Assembly (NCBI RefSeq): GCF_947179015.1
Contig: NZ_CAMXCM010000001.1
Location: forward strand, 233,387 to 297,386
DNA from: Commensalibacter communis
GTDB taxonomy: Bacteria; Pseudomonadota; Alphaproteobacteria; Acetobacterales; Acetobacteraceae
Length of the DNA stretch: 64,000 bases
Direction of reading: 5' to 3'
This document shows, one piece after another, positions 30,944-39,807 of this stretch. The notes below the pieces were generated by a model, which was given only the letters and a program-made list of their open reading frames with translations, was not told the origin of the DNA and did not search any database. Every line of letters starts with the position of its first letter. The stretch's first letter is position 1. The position numbers were made by a program, and so were the translations under genes.

Positions 30944-31018
30944 GGTTGTATAGTTCATTGGTAGAACGCTAAATTTAAGATTTAGAAGTAGCAGGTTCGA
31001 TTCTTGTTATAACCACCA
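30944..31018 (+). tRNA. tRNA gene; anticodon reads UAA from a canonical 7-nt loop but the variable arm is short (atypical for tRNA-Leu)
   Basis: Hand-folded cloverleaf. Acceptor GGTTGTA/TATAACC plus discriminator A plus encoded CCA. D-arm GTTC-ATTGGTA-GAAC. Anticodon stem CTAAA/TTTAG with loop TTTAAGA. T-arm GCAGG-TTCGATT-CTTGT. Confidence 0.7.
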
Positions 31019-31327
31019 TAATAAAATGCCCCAAAATTTTAAGGATGGCAGCCTTAAACTCTTTATAAAATGAAGGGGGGTCTAGGGGGAAGATATTTTC
31101 TAATGAAGGTTAAATGATCTTCGGGTGATTTAATCTAACAGCGGAAAGCATGGTCATCACCGGTTAAAGATGATGTTATGATCGCTTTATTATCAGCAAG
31201 ATGATGGGATTTATATCAAATTGCCTGTAGTAAAGCCATCATAACCACTCGCGGCAATCTGTCGTGATTATGTATATATTTGACACTTAGACCCTTCATT
31301 AAAATCGTTATTTTATGGATATCCACG

Positions 31328-32674
31328 ATGACACAAAGTTTGATCGAAAAAATTACAGGTAAAAAAACCATTATCGTTCAAGAAAATGAACGTATGATTG
31401 CGTCGTATCAAGGGCGGGTTTTAGGATTTTACTCATCAGGAGTGCATTCTTTGCCTAATCGGGATCATTCTTTGGAATATACTATCTATGATTTAAACCA
31501 ACCTGTTTTTTTCAGTGATTTAGAAAAAATTATTCGGCGGAAAATGCCTAGAGAATTAGAGCGACATGTCTTCATCATTGTAGCAAACGACAATGAAATT
31601 TGTATTATCAAAAATGGTATCGCAGTTTATGAGGTTTTAATGCCTAATACTGAGCGTCTGTTATGGAAAGATGCCGGAGAATGGTCAATCCAAAAAATTG
31701 TCATTCCAAACGATTATCGTATGGATGCGAAAGTTGTAAAACAGTTTGGATTGGAACAGAATGTCCTGTCTATCACAACAAATGAGAACGAAGTTTGCAT
31801 CATCAGAAACGGGAATTTGGTTTATGATGTTCTTAGTCCTAATAAAGAATGTTTATTGTGGAAAGATGGAGAAGATTGGTCGCTTGAAAAAATTACCATT
31901 CCAGATGATTGCCGAGTTGATAATAAAGTTGCTAAACAGCTTGTTGTTTCCAAAAAGGCGTCGTTGTTGGTGACCTCCACGATTGAATCTTATGAAAAAG
32001 GGATATTAAGAATTGATGGTATTATATATCCACCATTAGAGGCAGGGACATATTACTTTTGGAATATCGCGGTTAATCTTACGGTTAAAAAAATAGATTT
32101 GCGTCGTCAGACTTTGGATATTACTGGTCAAGAACTATTAACACGCGATCGGGTAACTATTCGTATTAATCTGACCGCAGATTATACAGTAGAAGATCCA
32201 ATGATGGCTGTTTCAGCAGTCAAGGATTACCAAGCAGCCCTTTATAATACGTTACAATTAACGTTTCGTAAAACTTTAGGGGAAATGTCTTTGGATCAGA
32301 TTTTGGATCGCAAATTTGCTATTGGTGATGAAACAATGGCGATGGTGCGTGCGGAAATGAAATCCATTGGATTAGAAGTGCATAATATTGATTTAAAAGA
32401 CGTTATTTTGCCTGGAGAAATGCGTGATATTTTTAATCAGGTCGTTGCTGCTGAAAAGCAAGCAGAGGCGAATGTCATTCGCAGACGTGAAGAAACGAAT
32501 GCGACACGTTCATTATTGAATACAGCCAAAGTCATGGCGGATAATCCGATTATGTTGCGTTTGAAAGAATTGGAAAGTTTAGAAGCTATTGCTGCCAAAG
32601 TCGATCATTTAACAGTTCATAATGGTACCGAAGGGCTGATGAATGATTTGGTTAAGCTAAGAAGTGGTAAATGA
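31328..32674 (+). CDS. SPFH (band-7/stomatin/HflK/C-like) domain protein with N-terminal tandem ~65-aa repeats of unknown type
   Basis: The C-terminal half (IDLRRQTLDITGQELLTRDRVTIRINLTADYTVEDPMMAV...LDQILDRKFAIGDE...HNIDLKDVILPGEMRDIFNQVVAAEKQAEAN) is a typical SPFH domain with coiled-coil tail. The N-terminus carries two near-identical repeats (ENEICIIKNG...LWKDAGEWSIQKIVIPNDYRMD / ENEVCIIRNG...LWKDGEDWSLEKITIPDDCRVD) plus a degenerate third copy upstream. Confidence 0.75.
   Translation: MTQSLIEKITGKKTIIVQENERMIASYQGRVLGFYSSGVHSLPNRDHSLEYTIYDLNQPVFFSDLEKIIRRKMPRELERHVFIIVANDNEICIIKNGIAVYEVLMPNTERLLWKDAGEWSIQKIVIPNDYRMDAKVVKQFGLEQNVLSITTNENEVCIIRNGNLVYDVLSPNKECLLWKDGEDWSLEKITIPDDCRVDNKVAKQLVVSKKASLLVTSTIESYEKGILRIDGIIYPPLEAGTYYFWNIAVNLTVKKIDLRRQTLDITGQELLTRDRVTIRINLTADYTVEDPMMAVSAVKDYQAALYNTLQLTFRKTLGEMSLDQILDRKFAIGDETMAMVRAEMKSIGLEVHNIDLKDVILPGEMRDIFNQVVAAEKQAEANVIRRREETNATRSLLNTAKVMADNPIMLRLKELESLEAIAAKVDHLTVHNGTEGLMNDLVKLRSGK
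31577..31978 (+). repeat. Intragenic tandem duplication (2 x ~200 bp) encoding the repeated N-terminal module of the SPFH protein
   Basis: Protein residues about 84-151 and 152-217 are about 60% identical over their full length, encoded by adjacent DNA copies. Confidence 0.6.
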
Positions 32675-33108
32675 TAGTTAAGATATATTTTGATTTTTTT
32701 CTTGATGCAAAGTCTGTTCAAGGAAAAGAGAAAATACTGAACAAGATTACTCGACTTTTAGACAATCAATATGGTTATGCATCAGTGAACCATATTGAGA
32801 ATAATAAATTCATCATAGCTTATGAAATAGATACCTGAAAAAATTTGATATTTCGATTGATTGAATTTTCTCAAACAATAGGAAGGTAGTGGATTATCAC
32901 AGGTTCTATCAATGATGATTTGAGTTTATGGAGTAATGATCCAAGAGTTATTGGGGTTAGTCATATTGGGATTAATGTAGATAAATCAAATAGATAATTC
33001 AATTATGTATTTGCTGCTGCTTTCTATTACAATTGTTTCATTTAGAACGCAATCAACTGTTTATGACCTTCATTCTATTGTTAATCATAGAGTGAAGGTC
33101 ATATGACT

Positions 33109-33981
33109 TTATTGTATTGTCGATACCCAGCCACGTTCAATTTGATAGCCATAGCCTGTTAATTGATATGGTGTTATATTAATTTTGGTTGAGACTGTTT
33201 TGCTTGAAAAATTACTCAAGCTACCTATACAATCGGTATTATATTCAAAGGGAAAATACATTTTTGATGTGTTTCCAATGGCGCCGCCAAAATCTGTGGA
33301 AGTCACAGGGCCGTAAAAAACACTAATCTTTGCTAGTAAATTACATGATGGAACAACAAATTGGGGAAAGCCAACTTTATAAAATGCATAATATTCTGCA
33401 AATCCACTTCCTGATGTTTGCAGATTGCTAACGGTGCTTGGTAAAGTCCAGCTGCCGATATGGACTGTTTGTCCTGTTTGTTCGTCTTGTAAGTCACCAC
33501 TCCATGTGTTCCCGGTGGTTTTTTTAACGGTCATTTTGTAATTATGACCATAAGTGGTTGGAAATACTACGCCACAGCTTACACCAGGACCGCCATCAGC
33601 TCCGTTTGAGCAATTTGGATCTGTTGTGGTTGAATTGGCAATAAATGATGAAAATACAGCTCTTAGATATTGTTTTCCATTGATATCATATTGTGGTTGA
33701 AGTCCAGTATATGCACCATTTCCTTGATTGCCAGAGTTATTAAAATAAAATTGTTGTGCAAAATAGGTGCCCGTCGCATGTAGAGTATTTTTATTTACTG
33801 TAAATCTGAAGGTTAAATTTGTTAAGCCGGTGTTATTATAAGGCTTAACAAATTTACCGATTTGCCAAGAAAACCCTACATTCCCAGCTGGGACATACGC
33901 CATCGCATTAGATATTCCAATTAGAAAAGTAGAAAAGATACCTACGATTAAACTAATTGTTTGTTTTTTGTTTTTAACCAT
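33109..33981 (-). CDS. Secreted protein of unknown function (Gly/Thr/Asn/Tyr-rich, beta-rich appearance)
   Basis: Signal peptide MVKNKKQTISLIVGIFSTFLIGISNAMA. 290 aa with no recognisable catalytic motif. Flanked by 400-bp AT-rich spacers. Confidence 0.5.
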   Translation of the reverse strand: MVKNKKQTISLIVGIFSTFLIGISNAMAYVPAGNVGFSWQIGKFVKPYNNTGLTNLTFRFTVNKNTLHATGTYFAQQFYFNNSGNQGNGAYTGLQPQYDINGKQYLRAVFSSFIANSTTTDPNCSNGADGGPGVSCGVVFPTTYGHNYKMTVKKTTGNTWSGDLQDEQTGQTVHIGSWTLPSTVSNLQTSGSGFAEYYAFYKVGFPQFVVPSCNLLAKISVFYGPVTSTDFGGAIGNTSKMYFPFEYNTDCIGSLSNFSSKTVSTKINITPYQLTGYGYQIERGWVSTIQ

Positions 33982-34365
33982 AATATTGGTTGATCCTTTT
34001 TGTATAAAATGAATAAAATATAGTGATAATTATTTAAAATTTATAATAATTACTAGTACAATATAATATTATATTCAAAATAAATACACAAGTTCGAATT
34101 TATATACTTAGAAAAATTCAATTTTTACTTATAATTTAACGTCTATATTTATTTGTAATTTATTTGTGGTATTTCATTATGTAGGTTTCTGCGTTTGCCC
34201 TTTGTCTGACAAAATGCCGACTATTTGTGTATGATGTGATCAGCATTTTTTATAAACGTAAATTTCTTTGTTCTTTAGATTTCCTTGTTGGATATTTTTG
34301 ATATAGTAGATTGAATTAATAATTATTTAATGAAATAAATTTTAAGTTTTTGAAGGATTATACAG

Positions 34366-35844
34366 ATGATACCGACAGTCAGTTTTGCCAGTTTAAAAAA
34401 ACCAGAAAAGGGTGATATTGTTCTTTTTACATTTGAGAATGGCGAACAAAGTGATTCTTTTCGTGTAATAAACAAAGCATTGGGTGATGCGTTGACTCGC
34501 GCGATTGCAGCAGAAGAGTATAAAGGGAAGTTAGGTCAAGTCTGTAAACTCGTTGCCCCAAGTGCGGAATATACTCATGTTGTGATTGTTGGTTTAGGTG
34601 AGCAGGCTGATTTTTCTATTGCCAAGGCCCGTCAAGCTGGTGGTGTGGCAGCAAAATCTTTGCAACATAAAACCACCGCTTTAACCATGATGACTGATTG
34701 GGATTTTACGGAATATTCGACTTATATTGCTTTGGGTGCATTACTAAGTGTGTATGAATTTAATAAATATTGCACAGAAAAAAATAAAAAAACCGATACA
34801 AAACACTTAAAAGAAATCCAAGTGTTAACTTCTGATTTTGAAGCAGCTCAAAAAGATTGGGGTAATATTGCCGCAGTGGCAGAAGGATCTTATTTGACCA
34901 GAAATTTGGTTAATGAGCCTGCTAATCACTTAACACCTCCTGAATTTGCCAAACGGATTAAAGAGCTCGAAACATTAGGCGTTTCAATTGAAATCCTAAA
35001 CAGAGCTAAAATGGAAGAACTAGGCTTTGGTGCATTATTAGGGGTTGCGCAAGGCAGTGATGCTGAACCTCAAACCGTGATTATGCAATGGAAAGGCAAT
35101 CCAGAAGATAAAGAAGCACCAGTAGCATTCCTTGGAAAAGGGGTGACCTTTGATTCTGGTGGAATTTCTATTAAGCCAGCTGGCGGTATGGAAGATATGA
35201 AAATGGATATGGCTGGGGCAGCCACCGTTGTTGGGTTAATGAAAACTTTGGCAACTCGTAAAGCCAAAGCAAACGTCATTGGTGTTGTCGGATTGGTTGA
35301 AAATATGTTGTCTGGGAATGCACAACGTCCAGGCGATATTGTCACCAGTGCTTCTGGTCAAACCATTGAAGTCTTAAATACCGATGCTGAAGGACGTTTA
35401 GTTCTGGCTGATATTCTTTGGTATACCCAAGATCGCTTTAAACCACGTTTTATGATTAATCTTGCGACCTTAACAGGTGCGATTGTCGTCGCATTAGGCT
35501 ATGAATATGCTGGATTATTCTCAAATAATGATGAACTTTCAGAACGCTTATCAACGATTGGAAATGATATTGGCGAAAAAGTATGGCGTATGCCAATGGG
35601 ACCCGCTTATGATAAAGCCCTAGACGCACAATTTGCAGATATGCAAAATATTGGCGGTCGTGACGGTGGGTCTATTACTGCGGCTCAGTTCTTACAACGC
35701 TTTGTAAATAAAACCCCTTGGGTTCATTTGGATATTGCTGGAACGGCTTATACTGGCAAAGGAACAGATAATGGCCCTAAAGGTGCAACCTCTTTTGGTG
35801 TCTGTTTATTAAACCAATTGGTTAAAGATCATTACGAAGCCTAA
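34366..35844 (+). CDS. pepA: Leucyl aminopeptidase (M17)
   Basis: NTDAEGRL active-site motif, metal ligands around VGKGVTFDSGG and DMAGAA. 492 aa. Followed by holC as in E. coli. Confidence 0.9.
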   Translation: MIPTVSFASLKKPEKGDIVLFTFENGEQSDSFRVINKALGDALTRAIAAEEYKGKLGQVCKLVAPSAEYTHVVIVGLGEQADFSIAKARQAGGVAAKSLQHKTTALTMMTDWDFTEYSTYIALGALLSVYEFNKYCTEKNKKTDTKHLKEIQVLTSDFEAAQKDWGNIAAVAEGSYLTRNLVNEPANHLTPPEFAKRIKELETLGVSIEILNRAKMEELGFGALLGVAQGSDAEPQTVIMQWKGNPEDKEAPVAFLGKGVTFDSGGISIKPAGGMEDMKMDMAGAATVVGLMKTLATRKAKANVIGVVGLVENMLSGNAQRPGDIVTSASGQTIEVLNTDAEGRLVLADILWYTQDRFKPRFMINLATLTGAIVVALGYEYAGLFSNNDELSERLSTIGNDIGEKVWRMPMGPAYDKALDAQFADMQNIGGRDGGSITAAQFLQRFVNKTPWVHLDIAGTAYTGKGTDNGPKGATSFGVCLLNQLVKDHYEA

Positions 35845-35855
35845 GGATTTTTAAC

Positions 35856-36317
35856 ATGGCCTCTGTTGGTTTTTATCATTTAACCAAGACTAGTTTAGAA
35901 CAAGCATTGCCAGCGTTGTTGACACGCACGATGCAAGTAAAAGAACATGGGTTGGTCTTATGCAAAGATGACCAACAGGTTAAATTATTGACAGAGGCTT
36001 TATGGCGTATCACACATCCTGTGTGGTTGCCACATGGGTGTCAAACATCTAAACACCAAGATATTTCTCCTGAATGGCAACCGATATGGTTGACAGTGTC
36101 AGAGGAAAATCTTAATCAGGCTGCTTTTTTATTCATTGTAAAAGGGCAGTCTTCACTTTCTTTATCGTCTTTTAAACGAGTGTTTGATTTATTTGATGGG
36201 AATGATGAACAAGCCGTTCAACAAGCACGGGAACGGTGGCGGTTATTAAAACAAGAAGGTCATGATTTGACCTATTGGAAACAGACCGACAAAGGTTGGG
36301 AACAAGGCGGCAAGTAG
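35856..36317 (+). CDS. holC: DNA polymerase III chi subunit
   Basis: VGFYHLTKTSLEQAL...EALWRITHPVWLPHG parallels E. coli HolC (ATFYLLDN...EALWARPAESFVPHN). 153 aa, immediately after pepA. Confidence 0.7.
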   Translation: MASVGFYHLTKTSLEQALPALLTRTMQVKEHGLVLCKDDQQVKLLTEALWRITHPVWLPHGCQTSKHQDISPEWQPIWLTVSEENLNQAAFLFIVKGQSSLSLSSFKRVFDLFDGNDEQAVQQARERWRLLKQEGHDLTYWKQTDKGWEQGGK

Positions 36318-36452
36318 TATTTGTGCTTTTTTGTTTATTTCTTTGCCATTTTACGCTAGTGAATAAACAACTCATTTTATATTCAATATCAAATTATCGC
36401 TTATCCATGATAAAGGAATAAGATTCTGTCACTTTTTATTCTTTGCTTATTA

Positions 36453-38321
36453 TTGTTGATCGTCATGTTGATGGGATTACAGGGCGGGATAGCAGCAAAG
36501 CGGTATTATCAAGGGTATGTTTTAACTGGTCTTGAGAATGTTCCTTTGATAGGATCTTCTTTGGGTTGTATACTCACATTTATTTATTCAATTTTTTATT
36601 TGTCTACAACAAGTTTACCTTTGCCAATATTGAATAAGATATTTGGTTTCAGCTTTTATCTTGATGCATTAAACTCTTTTTGTTTATTTTGTCTTTTCTT
36701 ATGTGGTGCATTATTTGTATCCTTTAAACGAGAGTTAGGCGCTTCTCATTATTTTCTGTTACCTTATGTAAATACATTATTGCTGTTATTATCAGGTAAT
36801 TTATATTTTCTCGTCGGTCTTTTGTCTATTTTGATGATGATGACCTATGGTCTTTCAATAGGAAAAACTATTATTCCTTTTATTGGGTTGGCGAGTTTAC
36901 TAATTATAGTTGTTTTATTGCCCGTACAAGTCGGTGCGCAAGGAAATTTTGTTTATTTACCCTTCGAAATATTAAGACAAATTAGTTTCCCACCCATCAT
37001 ATTATTTTTCGTCTTATTAGCCAGTAGCGTCTTTATGGGATTTGTTCCTTTGAGCCAGTGGCGAATGAATATTGCTCGGCAAGGTAAAGGGGATGTCGTT
37101 TATAATTTTATGCATCTGTTATTATCTATGGCGGGGATGTATTTATTGTTACGATTTTATGTCGATCTGGGTCAAAAAAGTGAAGCTTTGTGGCTTTCAT
37201 TATTGGTAACAATGATGGGTGTCGTTGCCGCTTGTTATGCGGGATGGCAAAGTTTAGTTGTGAAGAGTTTCCAAGAACGGATCAGCTGTTTATATATATT
37301 GGGCAATGCTGTTCTTGTTCAAACGGTTGGCATTGTCTCTTCTTTTATGGTCTCTGAACAACAACAATGGATTTCATTTGCGAATGATGTGTTATATTTT
37401 GGTTTATTCATTCAGTTTATAGGATTCAGTTTTGTTTTTTTATTATCGGGTTTGTTAAAAGCCTATCAAACAACACCGTCTGAGAAACAAATTATTCCTT
37501 CGTCGATTTTAATTTCTTTGTTGCTTTTGAGCTTTTTACTATCAGGTTTTCCTCCATTTGCTGGTTTTGCAATATTATGGGGTAATTTACAATTATTATT
37601 GACGATGCCAGCAGGACATCATTTAACCAATACGTTATTAACAACGGTTATTCTTGGGTTAAATGCGATTATTTTAATCGTCTCCATATTAGGGTGGATA
37701 CGATTAATTTTAACAGGTGGCGTGCAATCACTTCAAAAAGCATTACTAGAATTATCAGACTATTTTTCGCTGAAATCCTTTGCAGAAATTAAAATAGGTA
37801 TTGCTCTTCTCTTTATTATTGCGTTGATACCAGGATGTGTTTTTGTCCTAGCACGTTCTGTTGCAACGAATGTTATGGGCATATCGGAAGCATCAAGTAA
37901 CTTTTTCACTTTTACTATTTCCTCATCACATATTTCATTTACCCCTTGGCTTATTGCGGGCTTATTCATTGGCATTGTCTTAATAATAGGATGGGTTGCG
38001 CGTAAAGAGAGGCAAAAAGCGCCGACTTTATTATTAAGAGAATCAAATTCACAACCGAATACAAACCGTTCCATTATTGTCGAGGAAACAAGTTTTTCAT
38101 TTGGACAAGCCAGTTTTCAAGCAATGTTAGAAAGACGTTTTTCGTTTATACGTTATTTCTCTGTTATCAATTATACCGTTTGTAAAAATTGGATACGACT
38201 AAAGAAAATTTCTTTACGGCATACGCATCATATCAATCTTTTCGTTTGGCAATATCAGAATTTGTTTCTGTTGATGATAATTGCGATTATCCTCGTTTCT
38301 ATCAGTATGATTGCACGGTGA
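36453..38321 (+). CDS. Ehr-like complex subunit: NuoL/HyfB-type antiporter-like polytopic membrane protein (highly divergent)
   Basis: 622 aa, at least 14 TM helices. Its position and size match HyfB/HycC. It retains only weak K..(A/I)YSS-like and broken-helix motifs. First gene of a tightly coupled six-gene operon. Confidence 0.5.
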   Translation: MLIVMLMGLQGGIAAKRYYQGYVLTGLENVPLIGSSLGCILTFIYSIFYLSTTSLPLPILNKIFGFSFYLDALNSFCLFCLFLCGALFVSFKRELGASHYFLLPYVNTLLLLLSGNLYFLVGLLSILMMMTYGLSIGKTIIPFIGLASLLIIVVLLPVQVGAQGNFVYLPFEILRQISFPPIILFFVLLASSVFMGFVPLSQWRMNIARQGKGDVVYNFMHLLLSMAGMYLLLRFYVDLGQKSEALWLSLLVTMMGVVAACYAGWQSLVVKSFQERISCLYILGNAVLVQTVGIVSSFMVSEQQQWISFANDVLYFGLFIQFIGFSFVFLLSGLLKAYQTTPSEKQIIPSSILISLLLLSFLLSGFPPFAGFAILWGNLQLLLTMPAGHHLTNTLLTTVILGLNAIILIVSILGWIRLILTGGVQSLQKALLELSDYFSLKSFAEIKIGIALLFIIALIPGCVFVLARSVATNVMGISEASSNFFTFTISSSHISFTPWLIAGLFIGIVLIIGWVARKERQKAPTLLLRESNSQPNTNRSIIVEETSFSFGQASFQAMLERRFSFIRYFSVINYTVCKNWIRLKKISLRHTHHINLFVWQYQNLFLLMIIAIILVSISMIAR

Positions 38322-38326
38322 TTGCG

Positions 38327-39271
38327 ATGATGTTTTGGTTATTAACTTTTAGCGTCACTTTGCTGCATTTAATGATGGTTTTATTATTGGCTCCTTGGGT
38401 AATGGGGTTCCAAAAATGGCTAGAGGCAAAGATACAAGGCCTGCCTGTTGTTCCTTTTTGGTTTTATTGGGGTGAAATCTACTCGGTTAATATTAAACGT
38501 TTATCTAGTTTTTTAACGATTACCTATTCATATACCTCTTTATTGCCTTTCATAGCTTTGGGAGCAGCAATCATTGCAGCTTTACTGGTGCCTAGTTTTA
38601 CGGTGGGAATGGTTACAGCTTCTTTTTCTGACTTGTTGTTAATTATTGCTTTGCTGATGATGATCCCCGTATCTTTTTTCTTGGTTTCCTTGCGCTATGA
38701 TTCCTTGAAAAGTCTAAAATTGTTACAGACCATGTTGGTTGATAATCTTTTATTTTTGCCTGTCTTATTCTTCGTGTTAACCATAATTCGTTTCATTACA
38801 GGCAGTACATTCCTTGATACGGTGGTAATATTTTTTCACCAGTTTGGTGAATTTCCTTTGATGGCGTATTGCCCTTTATTGGTTGTGGCTTTTTCTTTGT
38901 TATTTGTGGTTTGGGATATGCCTAATTTTTCACAAAGAGAAGGGATGGATGGCTTTGGTGGGGCAGATAGAGGGTTGCTGCTTTACACAAATGATGTGCA
39001 GTTTTTAGTTTGGTTGTCTCTGATCGCGCTGTTTCTATGGCCACAAAGCTTAGTTATTTTGCAACTTGGTGATCACTATTTTATAAATTGGTTGCGCGCA
39101 GTTCCTTTTGGGATATTGGCTTGGGTTACTAAAATTATTGCTGAATGTTTTATATTGGCAATGATGCGCAGTTTATTGCTGTTTTCCAGTGGTATTTATC
39201 GTGTTGGTATTGCAGTTGTTCTAAGTTTTTTGGCAATTATCTTATATTTTGCTGGTTTGAGTGGAGAGTAA
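38327..39271 (+). CDS. Ehr-like complex subunit: NuoH/HycD/HyfC-type membrane protein
   Basis: About 315 aa, 8 TM. N-terminal LLAPWVMGFQKWLEAKIQGLPVVPF resembles the NuoH LLAERKvlgymQxRxGPNvvGp. PNFSQREGMDGFGGADRGLLLY resembles the NuoH PFDLaEaEsELVsGfnvEY loop. ATG lies 6 bp after the upstream stop. Confidence 0.55.
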   Translation: MMFWLLTFSVTLLHLMMVLLLAPWVMGFQKWLEAKIQGLPVVPFWFYWGEIYSVNIKRLSSFLTITYSYTSLLPFIALGAAIIAALLVPSFTVGMVTASFSDLLLIIALLMMIPVSFFLVSLRYDSLKSLKLLQTMLVDNLLFLPVLFFVLTIIRFITGSTFLDTVVIFFHQFGEFPLMAYCPLLVVAFSLLFVVWDMPNFSQREGMDGFGGADRGLLLYTNDVQFLVWLSLIALFLWPQSLVILQLGDHYFINWLRAVPFGILAWVTKIIAECFILAMMRSLLLFSSGIYRVGIAVVLSFLAIILYFAGLSGE

Positions 39272-39273
39272 CG

Positions 39274-39807
39274 ATGTGGCTTTCCTTATTCATTAGTATT
39301 TTATTATTGGCAACGATTGGTGGAATGTCCCATCCTTCTGCTCAAAGTTTTACTCATTCAATACTAACTATTTTTTGTCTATTAGCAGGAAAAGAAAATG
39401 CGCTTGATTCACAGATTACCGTAGGGTGCATGATCTTGTCTTTTGCATCAGGTGTTGTTTTAAGTATTATTTTAAGGCGACAATCCTTTCCACGCTCTTT
39501 CAAAGAATTATTCTCTGGGCTTTTTTTCGTTATCTTGATGGTCTCGCTAATTGTATACATTTTGCCACCTTCTTTACCAAGGTTAGAATATGGAATTGTT
39601 TTATCCATTATTTTAATTGGTATGGTTTATAGTGTTTTAGGAAAAACAGTTGGTGGGCAAATTATGGGGGTTGCGTGTGCATTAAATGCATTGTCATTGG
39701 TTGTTGGGTTAAATGGGCAAGGCATGGCTTTTATTGCACTGGTTTCATTTTACAGTGTTTTTCTATTCATGTCTTACGTTGTTGTTTCTAGATTGGGGCG
39801 ATTTTGA
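39274..39807 (+). CDS. Ehr-like complex small integral membrane subunit (HyfE/NuoK position)
   Basis: About 178 aa, 5-6 TM. Start is 3 bp after the upstream stop, and the 3' end overlaps the next gene (ATGA). Assignment is by operon position only. Confidence 0.4.
   Translation: MWLSLFISILLLATIGGMSHPSAQSFTHSILTIFCLLAGKENALDSQITVGCMILSFASGVVLSIILRRQSFPRSFKELFSGLFFVILMVSLIVYILPPSLPRLEYGIVLSIILIGMVYSVLGKTVGGQIMGVACALNALSLVVGLNGQGMAFIALVSFYSVFLFMSYVVVSRLGRF

Noticed and set aside
33955-33990. Possible att-like direct repeat of the tRNA 3' end (TTGTT.TAACCA..TAATA) at the far end of the islet
   Set aside because: Only about 12 of 20 positions match, and the segment coincides with the start codon region of the secreted-protein gene. 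Too weak by eye. It needs a computed repeat search.
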